From: a virus
Lineage: Duplodnaviria; Caudoviricetes
Virus record (IMG/VR): IMGVR_UViG_3300027797_000037
Span: 1-54,113 of that record
Direction: 5' to 3' (one strand)
Length of the DNA: 54,113 nucleotides
Part shown: positions 9,578 to 18,873 of the stretch, one piece after another
Numbering within the stretch: position 1 is the first letter of the stretch
Layout of the letters: every line of letters starts with the position of its first letter
The notes under the pieces: model-generated
What the model was told of the DNA's origin: nothing
Seen by the model: the letters and a program-made list of their open reading frames with translations, nothing else
The model's database searches: none
Made by a program: the position numbers and the translations under genes

Positions 9578-9629
9578 AAAAAGTGTAATGTGAGAGAGCC
9601 TGTCCCTAGTAGTGAACAGACTCTCCCAC
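9578..9629 (-). terminator. Long hairpin between ssb and polA (terminator, attenuator or stabiliser)
   Basis: GTGGGAGAGTCTGTTC / GGACAGGCTCTCTCAC stem; T5 tract 7 nt downstream. Confidence 0.6.
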
Positions 9630-9642
9630 GGTGGAAGTGTGC

Positions 9643-10290
9643 TTACGCTACAGAGCGAGCAACCTCAAGCATTTCGGAGCGAGGGGTCTCTCGAATAACT
9701 TCTGCTGTGAACGGTACAGCGGCTACTACTAACTCTTGAACAGCGTCGCTACTCAACTTCCATTCCTCAGCCAGGTCACGCCCACGAACAAAGTTGAGGG
9801 TGTACTGTGTTGTTGGTCCTGAACCTAGGCGAGAAACTTCCCAGAACTCCTTTGAAAGAGGTCCTTTACGCTCATCGTCATGCGCCTTCTTAATCTGGCG
9901 TGCAAGTGATGGTGGTGCTGTAAGGATTTGAACTCCTTGTACATCCCCTGAAAGTACAAGTACGTTGAATGAGAACTTGCCACGTGGCTTGTCTCCAATG
10001 ATGTCGCACATTGGGCATGTATCCCCAATGCAAACAAAGGACTTCTTACCCTTTGGGCGTTCAATCCAGTGTTGTTCGTATGAAGCAAATGGCTGATCTT
10101 CAAGAAACTTTACAAGTTGTGGTTCATCGCTGAACTTGAAGTCAGTTGGGAACTCAGAAGAGTTCTCTTGTACGAGTGAGTCGAAAGCATCCCAGCCTTG
10201 CTGGACTGTTGTTCCGACCTTGGGCATTGCATCTTCGGTATCTTCAGACAGATACGCATCTGCCTCTACCGTTGGTTTTGTGATGGGCAT
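9643..10290 (-). CDS. Putative single-stranded DNA-binding protein (gp32-like)
   Basis: VKFLE..PF..Y.QHW..KSFVC..CPMC..FNV..VSRLG.GPTTQY; adjacent to polA. Confidence 0.7.
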   Translation of the reverse strand: MPITKPTVEADAYLSEDTEDAMPKVGTTVQQGWDAFDSLVQENSSEFPTDFKFSDEPQLVKFLEDQPFASYEQHWIERPKGKKSFVCIGDTCPMCDIIGDKPRGKFSFNVLVLSGDVQGVQILTAPPSLARQIKKAHDDERKGPLSKEFWEVSRLGSGPTTQYTLNFVRGRDLAEEWKLSSDAVQELVVAAVPFTAEVIRETPRSEMLEVARSVA

Positions 10291-10312
10291 TTGTTTCCTT
10301 TGGTAATGAGAC

Positions 10313-10789
10313 CTATTGGCTCTCGGTGGATGTGATGACTTTCCAGTTTTTTACTAAAGTTTCTGTAAGGTCATCGTGTTGGCTCCACTCTACACGAGCG
10401 GCGCCTAGTAAGCCTCTACGATTAAACTCTTCAATCGTAGATTCAATGAGCGCTCTGGTGTACACACGATTGCCACCAGTCTTTTGACCCTTTAAGGTTT
10501 TAGACCGAAGACGATACGGTGCACGTGGGATATACCCTTTGCGCTCCCATAAACGGATCGTAACAATTGTCTTTTCTAAAGCCAACGCAAGTGCGCCGAT
10601 AGTAAAGACTTCTGTTTCTTCTCCATTTAACGTTTTAATAATTGGGTTTGCATCCCAACCATTACTCTCACCGCTTTTACGGCGAGAAACTTTTAGATCT
10701 AAATCACGACGTTTGCGTTTTGACCCAGGAACATACTCAAGGTCAGCGAATGCTGCCTCGATCTCATCCTGCCCACGCAACCCCGCCAT
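10313..10789 (-). CDS. MerR-like HTH DNA-binding protein
   Basis: FTIGALALALEKTIVTIRLWERKGYIP...RVYT. Confidence 0.8.
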   Translation of the reverse strand: MAGLRGQDEIEAAFADLEYVPGSKRKRRDLDLKVSRRKSGESNGWDANPIIKTLNGEETEVFTIGALALALEKTIVTIRLWERKGYIPRAPYRLRSKTLKGQKTGGNRVYTRALIESTIEEFNRRGLLGAARVEWSQHDDLTETLVKNWKVITSTESQ

Positions 10790-10792
10790 TGA

Positions 10793-11233
10793 TTATCTCT
10801 TCTTCATTACTAATGCCCACACTACGCTCTGTGGGTACATCTCTTCAATTTCTTCCTCAGTAAGTTCGTCGCTATACAAAGCGGCCATAAGCGCATCTTC
10901 ATCAACAATTTCCTTAGTTACAATGAGAGTGTCACGCAAACCCTTTTTTTCAATAAGTGCAAAGGCACGTGTTTCATCAATCTTACGACTTACTCTGCGT
11001 TGTTTTACAACAGCAACAATGCCGTCAATGTCTTCTGATAATTCAATTACAATATTTCCAGATGAATCAGGTTCTCCGTCAACATCAAGTTTTTCAAACA
11101 ACTTTTCTTTGGCTTCTTTTTGTTGCTTTTCCCAATATTCAAGTTGTCGCTTAATAAAAGCATAGTTTTTTGCTTGTGCTGAAAAATCATCTGCATCAGC
11201 ACTTCGTGGTTCTGTTGGTTTTACTCTTGCCAT
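10793..11233 (-). CDS. Hypothetical protein
   Basis: 146 aa, N-terminal coiled coil, GGGG RBS. Confidence 0.75.
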   Translation of the reverse strand: MARVKPTEPRSADADDFSAQAKNYAFIKRQLEYWEKQQKEAKEKLFEKLDVDGEPDSSGNIVIELSEDIDGIVAVVKQRRVSRKIDETRAFALIEKKGLRDTLIVTKEIVDEDALMAALYSDELTEEEIEEMYPQSVVWALVMKKR

Positions 11234-11242
11234 ATTTCCCCC

Positions 11243-12799
11243 TTACGGTCTTTCCTTCTGTAAGAACCCTATCAGGCTTCCAACAGTCAGGTCAACTCCT
11301 CCTTTGGAGTTAATTCCTTGCCCATCCATCACTGCGTCCGCTACAGCGTTCTTCTGCTGGAGCATATCATGTTGACGTTCTTCTATTGAATTCCCAACAA
11401 TGATGTCTTGAATAGTAATACTAGGCCAACGGCTTGAGGCTCGTTTGATGCGCCCATTGCGTTGTACCGCTAATCCCGCTGACCAGGGCAGATCGTAATT
11501 TACTAATAAGTTTGCGTTGGGCAAATCAACCCCGTATCCACCCGCGTCTGAAGATATAAACACACGGCAATCTGGATCAGTCAAGAACTTCTCTTTGCTG
11601 GCTTCTTTTTCTTTGGCGTTCATACTGCCTGTGTAAAGGGTCCCACCTAACTCTGCGTGTATTAATTCCAACATACCTACCCACGATGTAAACACAACAA
11701 CTTTTGCGTCTGGGTCTGTGTCTAGGTGATCAGTTACATATGTTTTTAATTCTTGCAGTTTCTGAGATTTAACTACCCCTTCTAACAATCCTCGTGCTTT
11801 TAAACTTGACGCATAAGCGCTTCCATTTCCTTGCTGTTCCTCAAATAATTTAGCGCTACTTTCCAGTAGTTGTGGGTGATCACAGAGCATACGTAAGGCA
11901 GTGATTTTAGACATAATTGATCCACGCATCATATCTGCAGGACTTCCTATTTTATTTTCGTGGCCGTAGTGAGCAAACAATGAAAACGATGCACCAAGAA
12001 GTTGTTGCGCCTCAATTAATTCATTACTTAATTCATCAGCAATAAAGTTATAGAGAGAAGCGGTTTTTTTATCTAAAGCAATAGTTATTGGATCTCGGTA
12101 TAGGGTGTCTGGAAGATACGGCGCTACGTCTGGATCAGTTTGAATCTTTCTTACCGATGCTTGTTTCATTTTTTCGTGGAATACATTTAAATTGCGATAA
12201 CGCTGAACTCCACCAAAATGATTGCGTACAATAAACGTTTGATCGAATAGATCAAAACGACCCAGAAGAGTGTCATCAACAAATTGCATAATGCTATAGA
12301 CCTCTTCTGGCCTGCCATTTTCAATCGGAGTGCCAGTTAACGCAAACCTAATAGGTACTTTCGATGCCAGTTTTTTTACAGCCTTTGAACGCTTAGACCT
12401 AAATCCTTTAATTGCTGTTGCTTCGTCACAAATAACTGCGCCCCATTCGTAGTCTTTAATAAGGTCCCAATCAGCAACAATTGTTTCGTAATTACAAATT
12501 AAATAGTTGGTTGATTCTGCCCAACTTTTAACCCTAGAAGTTTTAGACCCATCAATTACCGTGGTTGTTGCGTTAGAAAATTTATTTATTTCTTTTTGCC
12601 ACTGGTACTTAAGACTAGATAATGCAATTACTAGTACTGGTTTGGTAATAGCGCCGTTATTTTTTAATTTTTCTACAGCAGCAATAGTCATACAAGTTTT
12701 ACCAAGACCCATCTCATAAGCAACCAACATCTTTTTACGTAACACCATACGGTCAACTGCTTCAACCTGGTATGGTTTTAAAGTCCCATTAAATGTCAT
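11243..12799 (-). CDS. SNF2-family helicase
   Basis: LKPYQ, EMGLGKT, CDEAT, LTGTPIEN, GGYGVDL, DLPW, QRNGRIKR; start trimmed to MTFNG. Confidence 0.93.
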   Translation of the reverse strand: MTFNGTLKPYQVEAVDRMVLRKKMLVAYEMGLGKTCMTIAAVEKLKNNGAITKPVLVIALSSLKYQWQKEINKFSNATTTVIDGSKTSRVKSWAESTNYLICNYETIVADWDLIKDYEWGAVICDEATAIKGFRSKRSKAVKKLASKVPIRFALTGTPIENGRPEEVYSIMQFVDDTLLGRFDLFDQTFIVRNHFGGVQRYRNLNVFHEKMKQASVRKIQTDPDVAPYLPDTLYRDPITIALDKKTASLYNFIADELSNELIEAQQLLGASFSLFAHYGHENKIGSPADMMRGSIMSKITALRMLCDHPQLLESSAKLFEEQQGNGSAYASSLKARGLLEGVVKSQKLQELKTYVTDHLDTDPDAKVVVFTSWVGMLELIHAELGGTLYTGSMNAKEKEASKEKFLTDPDCRVFISSDAGGYGVDLPNANLLVNYDLPWSAGLAVQRNGRIKRASSRWPSITIQDIIVGNSIEERQHDMLQQKNAVADAVMDGQGINSKGGVDLTVGSLIGFLQKERP

Positions 12800-12962
12800 T
12801 GTCAATAGGGGTTGGTGCAGTCGCCAGGGCCCCACAAAGATGACACTCCATATCTAACATATAAAGTGAAATTTCTCCGTCCTCAAACATTGCTTTTATA
12901 TTCCAAAGTGTAGAACCACAAATACACACGTGTAAGGGGCGGTCTCTGTCTCTTAGGTCCAT
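12789..12962 (-). CDS. 57-aa zinc-binding protein (not in ORF track)
   Basis: MDLRDRDRPLHVCICGS...YMLDMECHLCGALATAPTPIDNDI; fills the primase-SNF2 gap with overlaps. Confidence 0.75.
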   Translation of the reverse strand: MDLRDRDRPLHVCICGSTLWNIKAMFEDGEISLYMLDMECHLCGALATAPTPIDNDI

Positions 12963-13894
12963 CATAGATAAGCAGCCTTCCCTAAAATAGAAGTCTTTGC
13001 AGTCTTAATTCCATGCTCAATCTCTGCTTCGGTCATATCGCCCACGTCTTTGACGTCAATACCCTTGTAATTAAAATAATAAAGATCCATACCGTACTTC
13101 CGAGCAAATACACGTAGTTGTTCATTGGCGGTGTAACCAGCCTTGTCATTGTCAAAAGCAGCAATAACCTTTGAAGCACGTCGTAGGATCTTTGCTTGCT
13201 CTTCGCTCATAATTGCACCAAAGGTAGATACTGAGTTGTGCCCAAGACCCGTTAACCGAACTGAGTCTAAAGGTGACTCGACAACAATGAGGTCGTGTTC
13301 TGAACTCATCACCTGAACACCGAAGACAGTTTTAGATTTTTTTACTCCTGCTGGTTGGTTCTTAAAGAACCGTCCTCTTGCTCCCTTTTCTTGCCACCCT
13401 AGCAACGCCCCACTGTCTGCGTCTCTAATTGGCAAAATCCATGCTTCGTTTTTTGTATCCCAAAGAACGCCGTGCACAGTAACTGCTCCTCGTTTTAAAA
13501 ATCTTTTCTTAAGTTCAATATCTGGTGGATCGGTGTAAACGGCCAATCGAGCCTCTGACATCGCGATCGTCTCTTCTGGTTGCACATACTGTGGGAGATC
13601 TTTAATTCGGCGCATAAGGGAATCTAGAGGGACTTCTGCACCCTCCCCTATGTAATCCTGTGCATCAAAATAAGATATCCCCTTAACGTCAGCAACAAGG
13701 GTGTAGATGTTTCCCTTGTAACCACAAGAAAAACAAATGTGTGCTCCGCTTTCAGAGTTTATCCACCACGAAGGGAAGTGGTCTTCTTTTCCTGTGCGCT
13801 TTTTGTGCATAGGGCAAAGTCCGTTGACCTCTGCTCCACGTTGGGCGTAAAGAGATAGATCTAAATTAAAAAGGATCTTCTCAACATCGATCAC
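12962..13894 (-). CDS. dnaG: DNA primase (CHC2 zinc finger plus TOPRIM)
   Basis: CPMH..PSW..CFSCG; VVESPLD, FDNDKAG, KDVGD; GTGA overlap with dnaB. Confidence 0.92.
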   Translation of the reverse strand: MIDVEKILFNLDLSLYAQRGAEVNGLCPMHKKRTGKEDHFPSWWINSESGAHICFSCGYKGNIYTLVADVKGISYFDAQDYIGEGAEVPLDSLMRRIKDLPQYVQPEETIAMSEARLAVYTDPPDIELKKRFLKRGAVTVHGVLWDTKNEAWILPIRDADSGALLGWQEKGARGRFFKNQPAGVKKSKTVFGVQVMSSEHDLIVVESPLDSVRLTGLGHNSVSTFGAIMSEEQAKILRRASKVIAAFDNDKAGYTANEQLRVFARKYGMDLYYFNYKGIDVKDVGDMTEAEIEHGIKTAKTSILGKAAYL

Positions 13895-15141
13895 CGCCGA
13901 CTCCAGTCGGAGCAGTACTTGCACTTAAACACTTCGTCTTCGTCGTGGAAACACCCAGTCTCCCAACGCCATGTCAAAGCGGTTTCCGTAGGACCACAGT
14001 TACGGCTTGCAACTACCTTTAAGTTACGTAGTTCTTCATCCTCTTCAATTGGTTCAAGTCCCAATATGACGTCCGAGTCTTGGAAGAAAGAAGATGAGTA
14101 ACCAATAGAATCTGCAGTAACTTTTCCAGCACGCATTTTCCAAAGCAAAGTTTGTGTAGTAATAACAACTGGTTTATGAATCTTTTGAGCCAACCGTTTA
14201 AGGGCACGAGTAATGTTGGTAATTGCTTGTGGAGTATTCATTTCCCCTGTAATTTCATCAAGCATCAAATAAACACCATCAACAAACACAATGTCTGGTT
14301 TGGTTTGCTCAATCTTGGCAGCCAATGCAGAGACAGTAATTCCATTAACAGCATCCACAAGGTGAAAAGAATGCTCTTTTTCCATCTCATTTAGAACATC
14401 AATGTAACGCGCTTCTTCTGCAGGAAGTAACTTTCCACGACGTAAACGTCCGTGAGAAATGTTTGATCTCATCGCATCGTGTCGTTGTTGCTGCTCATGG
14501 TTGTTCATCTCAAAAGATTGAAACATAGGGATCTTTCCCTGACGGTGAATATTAATAGCCATCTTTAATGCAATCTGAGATTTACCTGTCTTAGGAGGAG
14601 CAATAATCGTAACTAATTGGCCTCCCTGCAAACCAGCAGTGGCCTCATCAATCTTTGCAAAACCAGTAGGTATACCTAAAAATTCTGAGTTCTGCAATGA
14701 TTGATAATCTTTGTAACGTTCTTCAGTGTTCTTAGTTAAATCAATTTCGTGAGTGCCAAGTACGCCTTGCTCGTTAACTCTAGTAATAGTTGCTTCCATA
14801 GCAAGAAGCGCTGACTCATGGTTGTTTTCCTGCAGTTGCTCTACAGCAGTTTCAAGACCCTGCCGTGTAAGCATTCGACGACGAAACTCAACCATCGTGT
14901 CAAGTAAATACTCAATGTTGTCTTGTACATCTAACACTTTGTAATTTGGGTAGTGATCTTTAACAGTTACGGCAGTTGGGACCTCGCTATATTCAGCGTA
15001 ATGCTTTCGTACAAAAGCCCAAACCCTTTTGTTATCGTCGTCAAGAAACCAAGAATCGGTAATGCCACGTTGTAGGGCAGGAGTGATTTCGCGGTCACGG
15101 ATAACTTTACTGACTAACCGCGCTTCGTTATCTGCCGCCAT
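13891..15141 (-). CDS. dnaB: DnaB-like replicative helicase
   Basis: GIPTGF..ID, APPKTGKS, SFEM, VFVDG, QDSDV. Confidence 0.93.
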   Translation of the reverse strand: MAADNEARLVSKVIRDREITPALQRGITDSWFLDDDNKRVWAFVRKHYAEYSEVPTAVTVKDHYPNYKVLDVQDNIEYLLDTMVEFRRRMLTRQGLETAVEQLQENNHESALLAMEATITRVNEQGVLGTHEIDLTKNTEERYKDYQSLQNSEFLGIPTGFAKIDEATAGLQGGQLVTIIAPPKTGKSQIALKMAINIHRQGKIPMFQSFEMNNHEQQQRHDAMRSNISHGRLRRGKLLPAEEARYIDVLNEMEKEHSFHLVDAVNGITVSALAAKIEQTKPDIVFVDGVYLMLDEITGEMNTPQAITNITRALKRLAQKIHKPVVITTQTLLWKMRAGKVTADSIGYSSSFFQDSDVILGLEPIEEDEELRNLKVVASRNCGPTETALTWRWETGCFHDEDEVFKCKYCSDWSRR

Positions 15142-15159
15142 GTGCCCTCCCTCAAGGGA

Positions 15160-15576
15160 TTAGATGTTGTCTATTTGTACACCAGCAGAGCCGTATCGTG
15201 CAACTCTGTTAGGGATATCTAGTACTGCTTTTAAATTAGGACGGTACGGTAACCCAACAATTAACTCATCAACATCTTCGTAAAGTTGCCAATAATTAAA
15301 TGGATTAACTACCCGTCGTTCAAGCGTGTCAAACGCCTTGTCTAACAATTCCTCAGTCCAACCTTCGGATTCAAAACCAGCAAGTTCAAGTGATATCTCG
15401 TATTTGTTAGACATAATCCACAACTTGTTTGCGTTTTGCGCATCTATCTTTCCTATTTTAAAGGAAATTTTTTTAGATAAAAATGTTTTAGTCTCTACTT
15501 CTGCAAGTCCAATAACAAGATCTGTCACACACACAATTTGCGGTGAGGAGACGTTTGAAATGTCCCCGTTTTTCAT
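15160..15576 (-). CDS. Hypothetical protein
   Basis: 138 aa in replication operon. Confidence 0.7.
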   Translation of the reverse strand: MKNGDISNVSSPQIVCVTDLVIGLAEVETKTFLSKKISFKIGKIDAQNANKLWIMSNKYEISLELAGFESEGWTEELLDKAFDTLERRVVNPFNYWQLYEDVDELIVGLPYRPNLKAVLDIPNRVARYGSAGVQIDNI

Positions 15577-15881
15577 AGCACTTCAACTTTAGCGTACCTT
15601 ACCACGAAGTCTCTAAACTTCTTAGGATCCTCGTTTGCTTCAACAGCGACGCTCTCAGGTACCTCATTAGGGACTGATATGGAGTAATGCCCTTGGTTTA
15701 ACTTCATCTTTGTATTGACAAAAATAGTGTGTTTACAAGAAAACAACTTCTTCCAAACAGGGCAACTGCATCGAGTACTTTTTGTGTCAGTATCAACTTC
15801 AACTTCAAAAATTCCAGCACCTTGAGAAGAAAGAAACAGTTGAACAGTTCTCCATGGACTTTCCATATTCTTCCTTTTCAT
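15573..15881 (-). CDS. SWIM zinc-finger protein
   Basis: CSCP...SCKH (CxC-xn-CxH). Confidence 0.8.
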   Translation of the reverse strand: MKRKNMESPWRTVQLFLSSQGAGIFEVEVDTDTKSTRCSCPVWKKLFSCKHTIFVNTKMKLNQGHYSISVPNEVPESVAVEANEDPKKFRDFVVRYAKVEVL

Positions 15882-16600
15882 TGCGCTGCTCGCAGATCCG
15901 ACCCGACTATAGGAACCCGCACAAAGGCTTCGTTAGCAAAAGATGCCATTGCTTCTTTGTACACTGCTTCCCAATTCTCAAGTCTAACATTTGTAGTAAC
16001 AATTGTGGGCAAAGCCTTGTCGTATCTTAAACGCAAAATCTCATCAAAAGAAGAGTCGTTGTACTCAGATCCGTACTCTTTACCAAGATCATCGATAACA
16101 AGGACACGTACGTTAAGCCAGTCAAACTTAGAACGACCATGAAAACCGTCTAGTTCGTACATAGCCTCTCGCTTGTCTTCGGGAACAGCATCAAAAGTAG
16201 CCTTCTTACGAGACAAGAATTCGGGATATGTCATGTAGTAAATTGGCTTAAAATTTAAACCGTAATCTTTAGGATTAGTTCCCAAGACCTTGCATGCCTC
16301 TGCGTCGTAATCAGGTAACTGACGTAGAAACTCCATAGCAGCAACAACGGCGTGCGTTGTTTTTCCGATGCCTGGCCCCCCGTCAAAGAGAAGCCCAACA
16401 CCGTTAATGCCAATGTTACCAATTTGCTTTATAACGTGACCTTTAGAAGCATCATCAATCCAAGTCGATACTTCTTCTGGAAAATAACCTGCACGATCAA
16501 TTATGTCCTGTGGCTCTAAACCAAAGAACCTACGCGGAATATTCGAAGTACGTGTTAACCAATGCCGTTTTAACGACGACAACCCATTTATGTCGTACAT
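15878..16600 (-). CDS. DnaC/IstB-like AAA+ helicase loader
   Basis: NIPRRF, GLLFDGGPGIGKT, LVIDDLGKE, RY...PTIVTTN. Confidence 0.9.
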   Translation of the reverse strand: MYDINGLSSLKRHWLTRTSNIPRRFFGLEPQDIIDRAGYFPEEVSTWIDDASKGHVIKQIGNIGINGVGLLFDGGPGIGKTTHAVVAAMEFLRQLPDYDAEACKVLGTNPKDYGLNFKPIYYMTYPEFLSRKKATFDAVPEDKREAMYELDGFHGRSKFDWLNVRVLVIDDLGKEYGSEYNDSSFDEILRLRYDKALPTIVTTNVRLENWEAVYKEAMASFANEAFVRVPIVGSDLRAAQ

Positions 16601-16618
16601 GTTTCCCCCAATTGTGTT

Positions 16619-16903
16619 CTATGCTTTGTAAAAAAGTTCCCCTGTAAAAGAAACTGGCTTACCCTTAACGTCAAGAGTTTCTCCAGCAACCATCTTTACT
16701 GACTTACGTGGGGTGTGTGCCAATACCTGTGCTTTAATCCAACGCTTGGCAGCACTGGCGTTCTTCCATGCTGAAATGCTCTCACGAACTACAGTGACAC
16801 TATCGTCACCGATAATTGAGAACTTTGTTAACCACGCTGATGCTTTTTCTGAAGGGTCTACTGAAATTGATGCTTCAACTTTAAATGTGTACTTCTTAGC
16901 CAT
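16619..16903 (-). CDS. Basic hypothetical protein
   Basis: 94 aa, coupled to neighbours. Confidence 0.7.
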   Translation of the reverse strand: MAKKYTFKVEASISVDPSEKASAWLTKFSIIGDDSVTVVRESISAWKNASAAKRWIKAQVLAHTPRKSVKMVAGETLDVKGKPVSFTGELFYKA

Positions 16904-17039
16904 TGTTCTTCTCTTTCTCCTGTAGGTGTTTTATAGTATTACGTAGTTCCATGTTATCGCGCATAAATATCAAGATCAGAGTACCTGAACCAGCAAGTGC
17001 GATCATAATTGCAAGGAGTATTCCTGTATCTAAAATCAT
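16896..17039 (-). CDS. 47-aa single-pass membrane protein (not in ORF track)
   Basis: MILDTGILLAIMIALAGSGTLILIFMRDNMELRNTIKHLQEKEKNNG; AGGAG RBS, ATGA overlap. Confidence 0.7.
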   Translation of the reverse strand: MILDTGILLAIMIALAGSGTLILIFMRDNMELRNTIKHLQEKEKNNG

Positions 17040-18007
17040 TGAGTTGCTCCTATTCGTTTTTCATAACGCTCTAATTGTGCACGACCAGAGAGCGAATTCT
17101 GGAACACACGACCGTCGCTGGCTGTGAGAGTGCCTGTCTTGACCGAAGTGTCTACTGGTGCGTTTACCTTTGTCAAACCAAGATTTTCACGAGCCTGATT
17201 CATCTTCTTGCCAAATGAGGCTAAATACTTTTTGTAAAGGAAAGGAGCCTCATCACCGATCTGCTCAAAATTTCTTTCATCCGCCAAAAACAAGCGAAGC
17301 AACTCAAGTTCGATTAAGGCTGTGGTTTGGTATTGCTTGCGGAACTTGCTGAGTGCCCCCGACAACTGTCGCACGTTAACGGTTCCTGGCAGGAGCGGGT
17401 AGCGTTTACCAACTCGATATGAGAATTCAGCAGCGACGTCCATTGGAGTCCACTCGTGCTCTGGTCGCTTTCCACGGGTCTTGGGGTCGTTTTTACGAAC
17501 CCTAGTCTGCGGAGCATCCCTTTCCTCAACAAGTCCGAAACCTGCAAGATTGTCACTGTCATCCTCGTATCTTCTCATAGGAACCTTTATCTCTTTCATT
17601 GAAACGGTTACGTTTCTAATATCTTTTAATTGATTACTATCTTGGCTATTAGGTACTAATGGCTTATTGGCTATATGGCTACGTAACTTATAGTCACGTG
17701 AGGTGTGGACATTTGAGGCCCCAATCTCTTGGGCTTCTGCAGGCCCACTTGGGCTTGTAATGTCCAGCACATCTTTGCCATGGTATCCATTGGCTCTTTT
17801 GGTCTTAGATCTCTTAATAAACCCAGCCTCTTCCAAGGCTAGGAGGCCTCTACGGACCGTCTTCTCGGTCACGTTGCCAGTCTGAGTACCCAACAAGGTA
17901 TTTGTGGTCTCTAAACGGCCTTCAGAGCCCGCTAAATGGCATATGGTGGCCAAGAGTCGGAACTGAAAATCGGTTAAATTGGAAGAATACGCCTCTGGAG
18001 GCATCAT
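17036..18007 (-). CDS. Replication initiator with N-terminal winged HTH
   Basis: LTDFQFRLL...TEKTVRRGLLALEEAGFIKR; upstream of DnaC-like loader. Confidence 0.7.
   Translation of the reverse strand: MMPPEAYSSNLTDFQFRLLATICHLAGSEGRLETTNTLLGTQTGNVTEKTVRRGLLALEEAGFIKRSKTKRANGYHGKDVLDITSPSGPAEAQEIGASNVHTSRDYKLRSHIANKPLVPNSQDSNQLKDIRNVTVSMKEIKVPMRRYEDDSDNLAGFGLVEERDAPQTRVRKNDPKTRGKRPEHEWTPMDVAAEFSYRVGKRYPLLPGTVNVRQLSGALSKFRKQYQTTALIELELLRLFLADERNFEQIGDEAPFLYKKYLASFGKKMNQARENLGLTKVNAPVDTSVKTGTLTASDGRVFQNSLSGRAQLERYEKRIGATQ
17611..17690. repeat. Candidate replication origin: short TGGCT(A/T) repeats beside an AT-rich tract
   Basis: TGGCTA 17643, TGGCTT 17660, TGGCTA 17668, TGGCTA 17676; AT-rich 17613-17640; inside initiator linker. 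Confidence 0.45.
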
Positions 18008-18588
18008 GGGCTGTCGTCAAAAGGTGAGATGTCTTTTGAGTCCCTGTCCTCCTCTAAGCGTTCACGTATAGTCTCAGTCAAGATGTCCATAACCGCAGAG
18101 GTTACATAGGCAGTGATGCTCTCAGCAAATAGCGCCAGACTGTTGACCATTACCACGTGAAGGTCTTCTGTCCTAAAATCATCGTCTTCATAGTCAATCT
18201 CAATCAGATCAAGTCCGTCACTAATGTCCCACGTGTCTAACCCGTAGTCTTCAAGTGAGTGCAGGACTGTGTGAATTTCGTCGCTGTCATCCCAAACAAC
18301 TCCTAATACGTCCCCAACATTTACTTTCCTTATTACTTCCTTTATTGGGTTTGTGCAAAAAGTTACGTCGTCGTGGTCGCTGGCATACTCGTCATATCCA
18401 GCCTCTTCTGAGAAAAAGAGTTGATAATTTCCAGTGCCCAAAACTGCGTGCATCGCTGACTTTGCAAACATCCCATACTCAAGGATTGGTATTAAAAATT
18501 CTGATCCTGGGTACTTAACCTGTAACTCTTTTATGGCTTTTGTTACATCAACTTCCGCGTTAAAACTTACAAGAATAATCTTCTTCAT
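18004..18588 (-). CDS. Acidic hypothetical protein
   Basis: 194 aa, coupled to neighbours. Confidence 0.75.
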   Translation of the reverse strand: MKKIILVSFNAEVDVTKAIKELQVKYPGSEFLIPILEYGMFAKSAMHAVLGTGNYQLFFSEEAGYDEYASDHDDVTFCTNPIKEVIRKVNVGDVLGVVWDDSDEIHTVLHSLEDYGLDTWDISDGLDLIEIDYEDDDFRTEDLHVVMVNSLALFAESITAYVTSAVMDILTETIRERLEEDRDSKDISPFDDSP

Positions 18589-18860
18589 TACAAGCCCCCT
18601 AAACGAGGGACTCTTGTAACGGTAGGCTTATTCAAGTACTTACTGATAAGTATTGAAACTAATGTGGCAGCAGGTACAACGACTAATAATTTAATGTCGT
18701 CTACACCCAACAAATATAGGGCACCAGTATTTAACGGTAATGTGAGGAATTTGTTTAAAACAGAGATTCCAAAAAAATCTATTGTGATTAAGTTTATAAA
18801 CTCAACCAAATATCCAACAGCGGCTCCTGCAATGATTATCGATATAAGTAGGTCAGTCAT
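18588..18860 (-). CDS. Small multi-pass membrane protein (holin-like topology, function unknown)
   Basis: About three hydrophobic segments, basic C-terminus; start MTDLL 7 nt after TAGTAT. Confidence 0.65.
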   Translation of the reverse strand: MTDLLISIIIAGAAVGYLVEFINLITIDFFGISVLNKFLTLPLNTGALYLLGVDDIKLLVVVPAATLVSILISKYLNKPTVTRVPRLGGL

Positions 18861-18873
18861 GACCCAGATACTA
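18861..18873 (-). promoter_or_regulatory. Leaderless promoter -10 heading the replication operon
   Basis: TAGTAT-7 nt-ATG, no RBS. Confidence 0.55.

Noticed and set aside
6148-15141. Inteins or introns in recA, polA, SNF2 or dnaB
   Set aside because: Lengths are ordinary and no splice-junction or homing endonuclease motifs were seen
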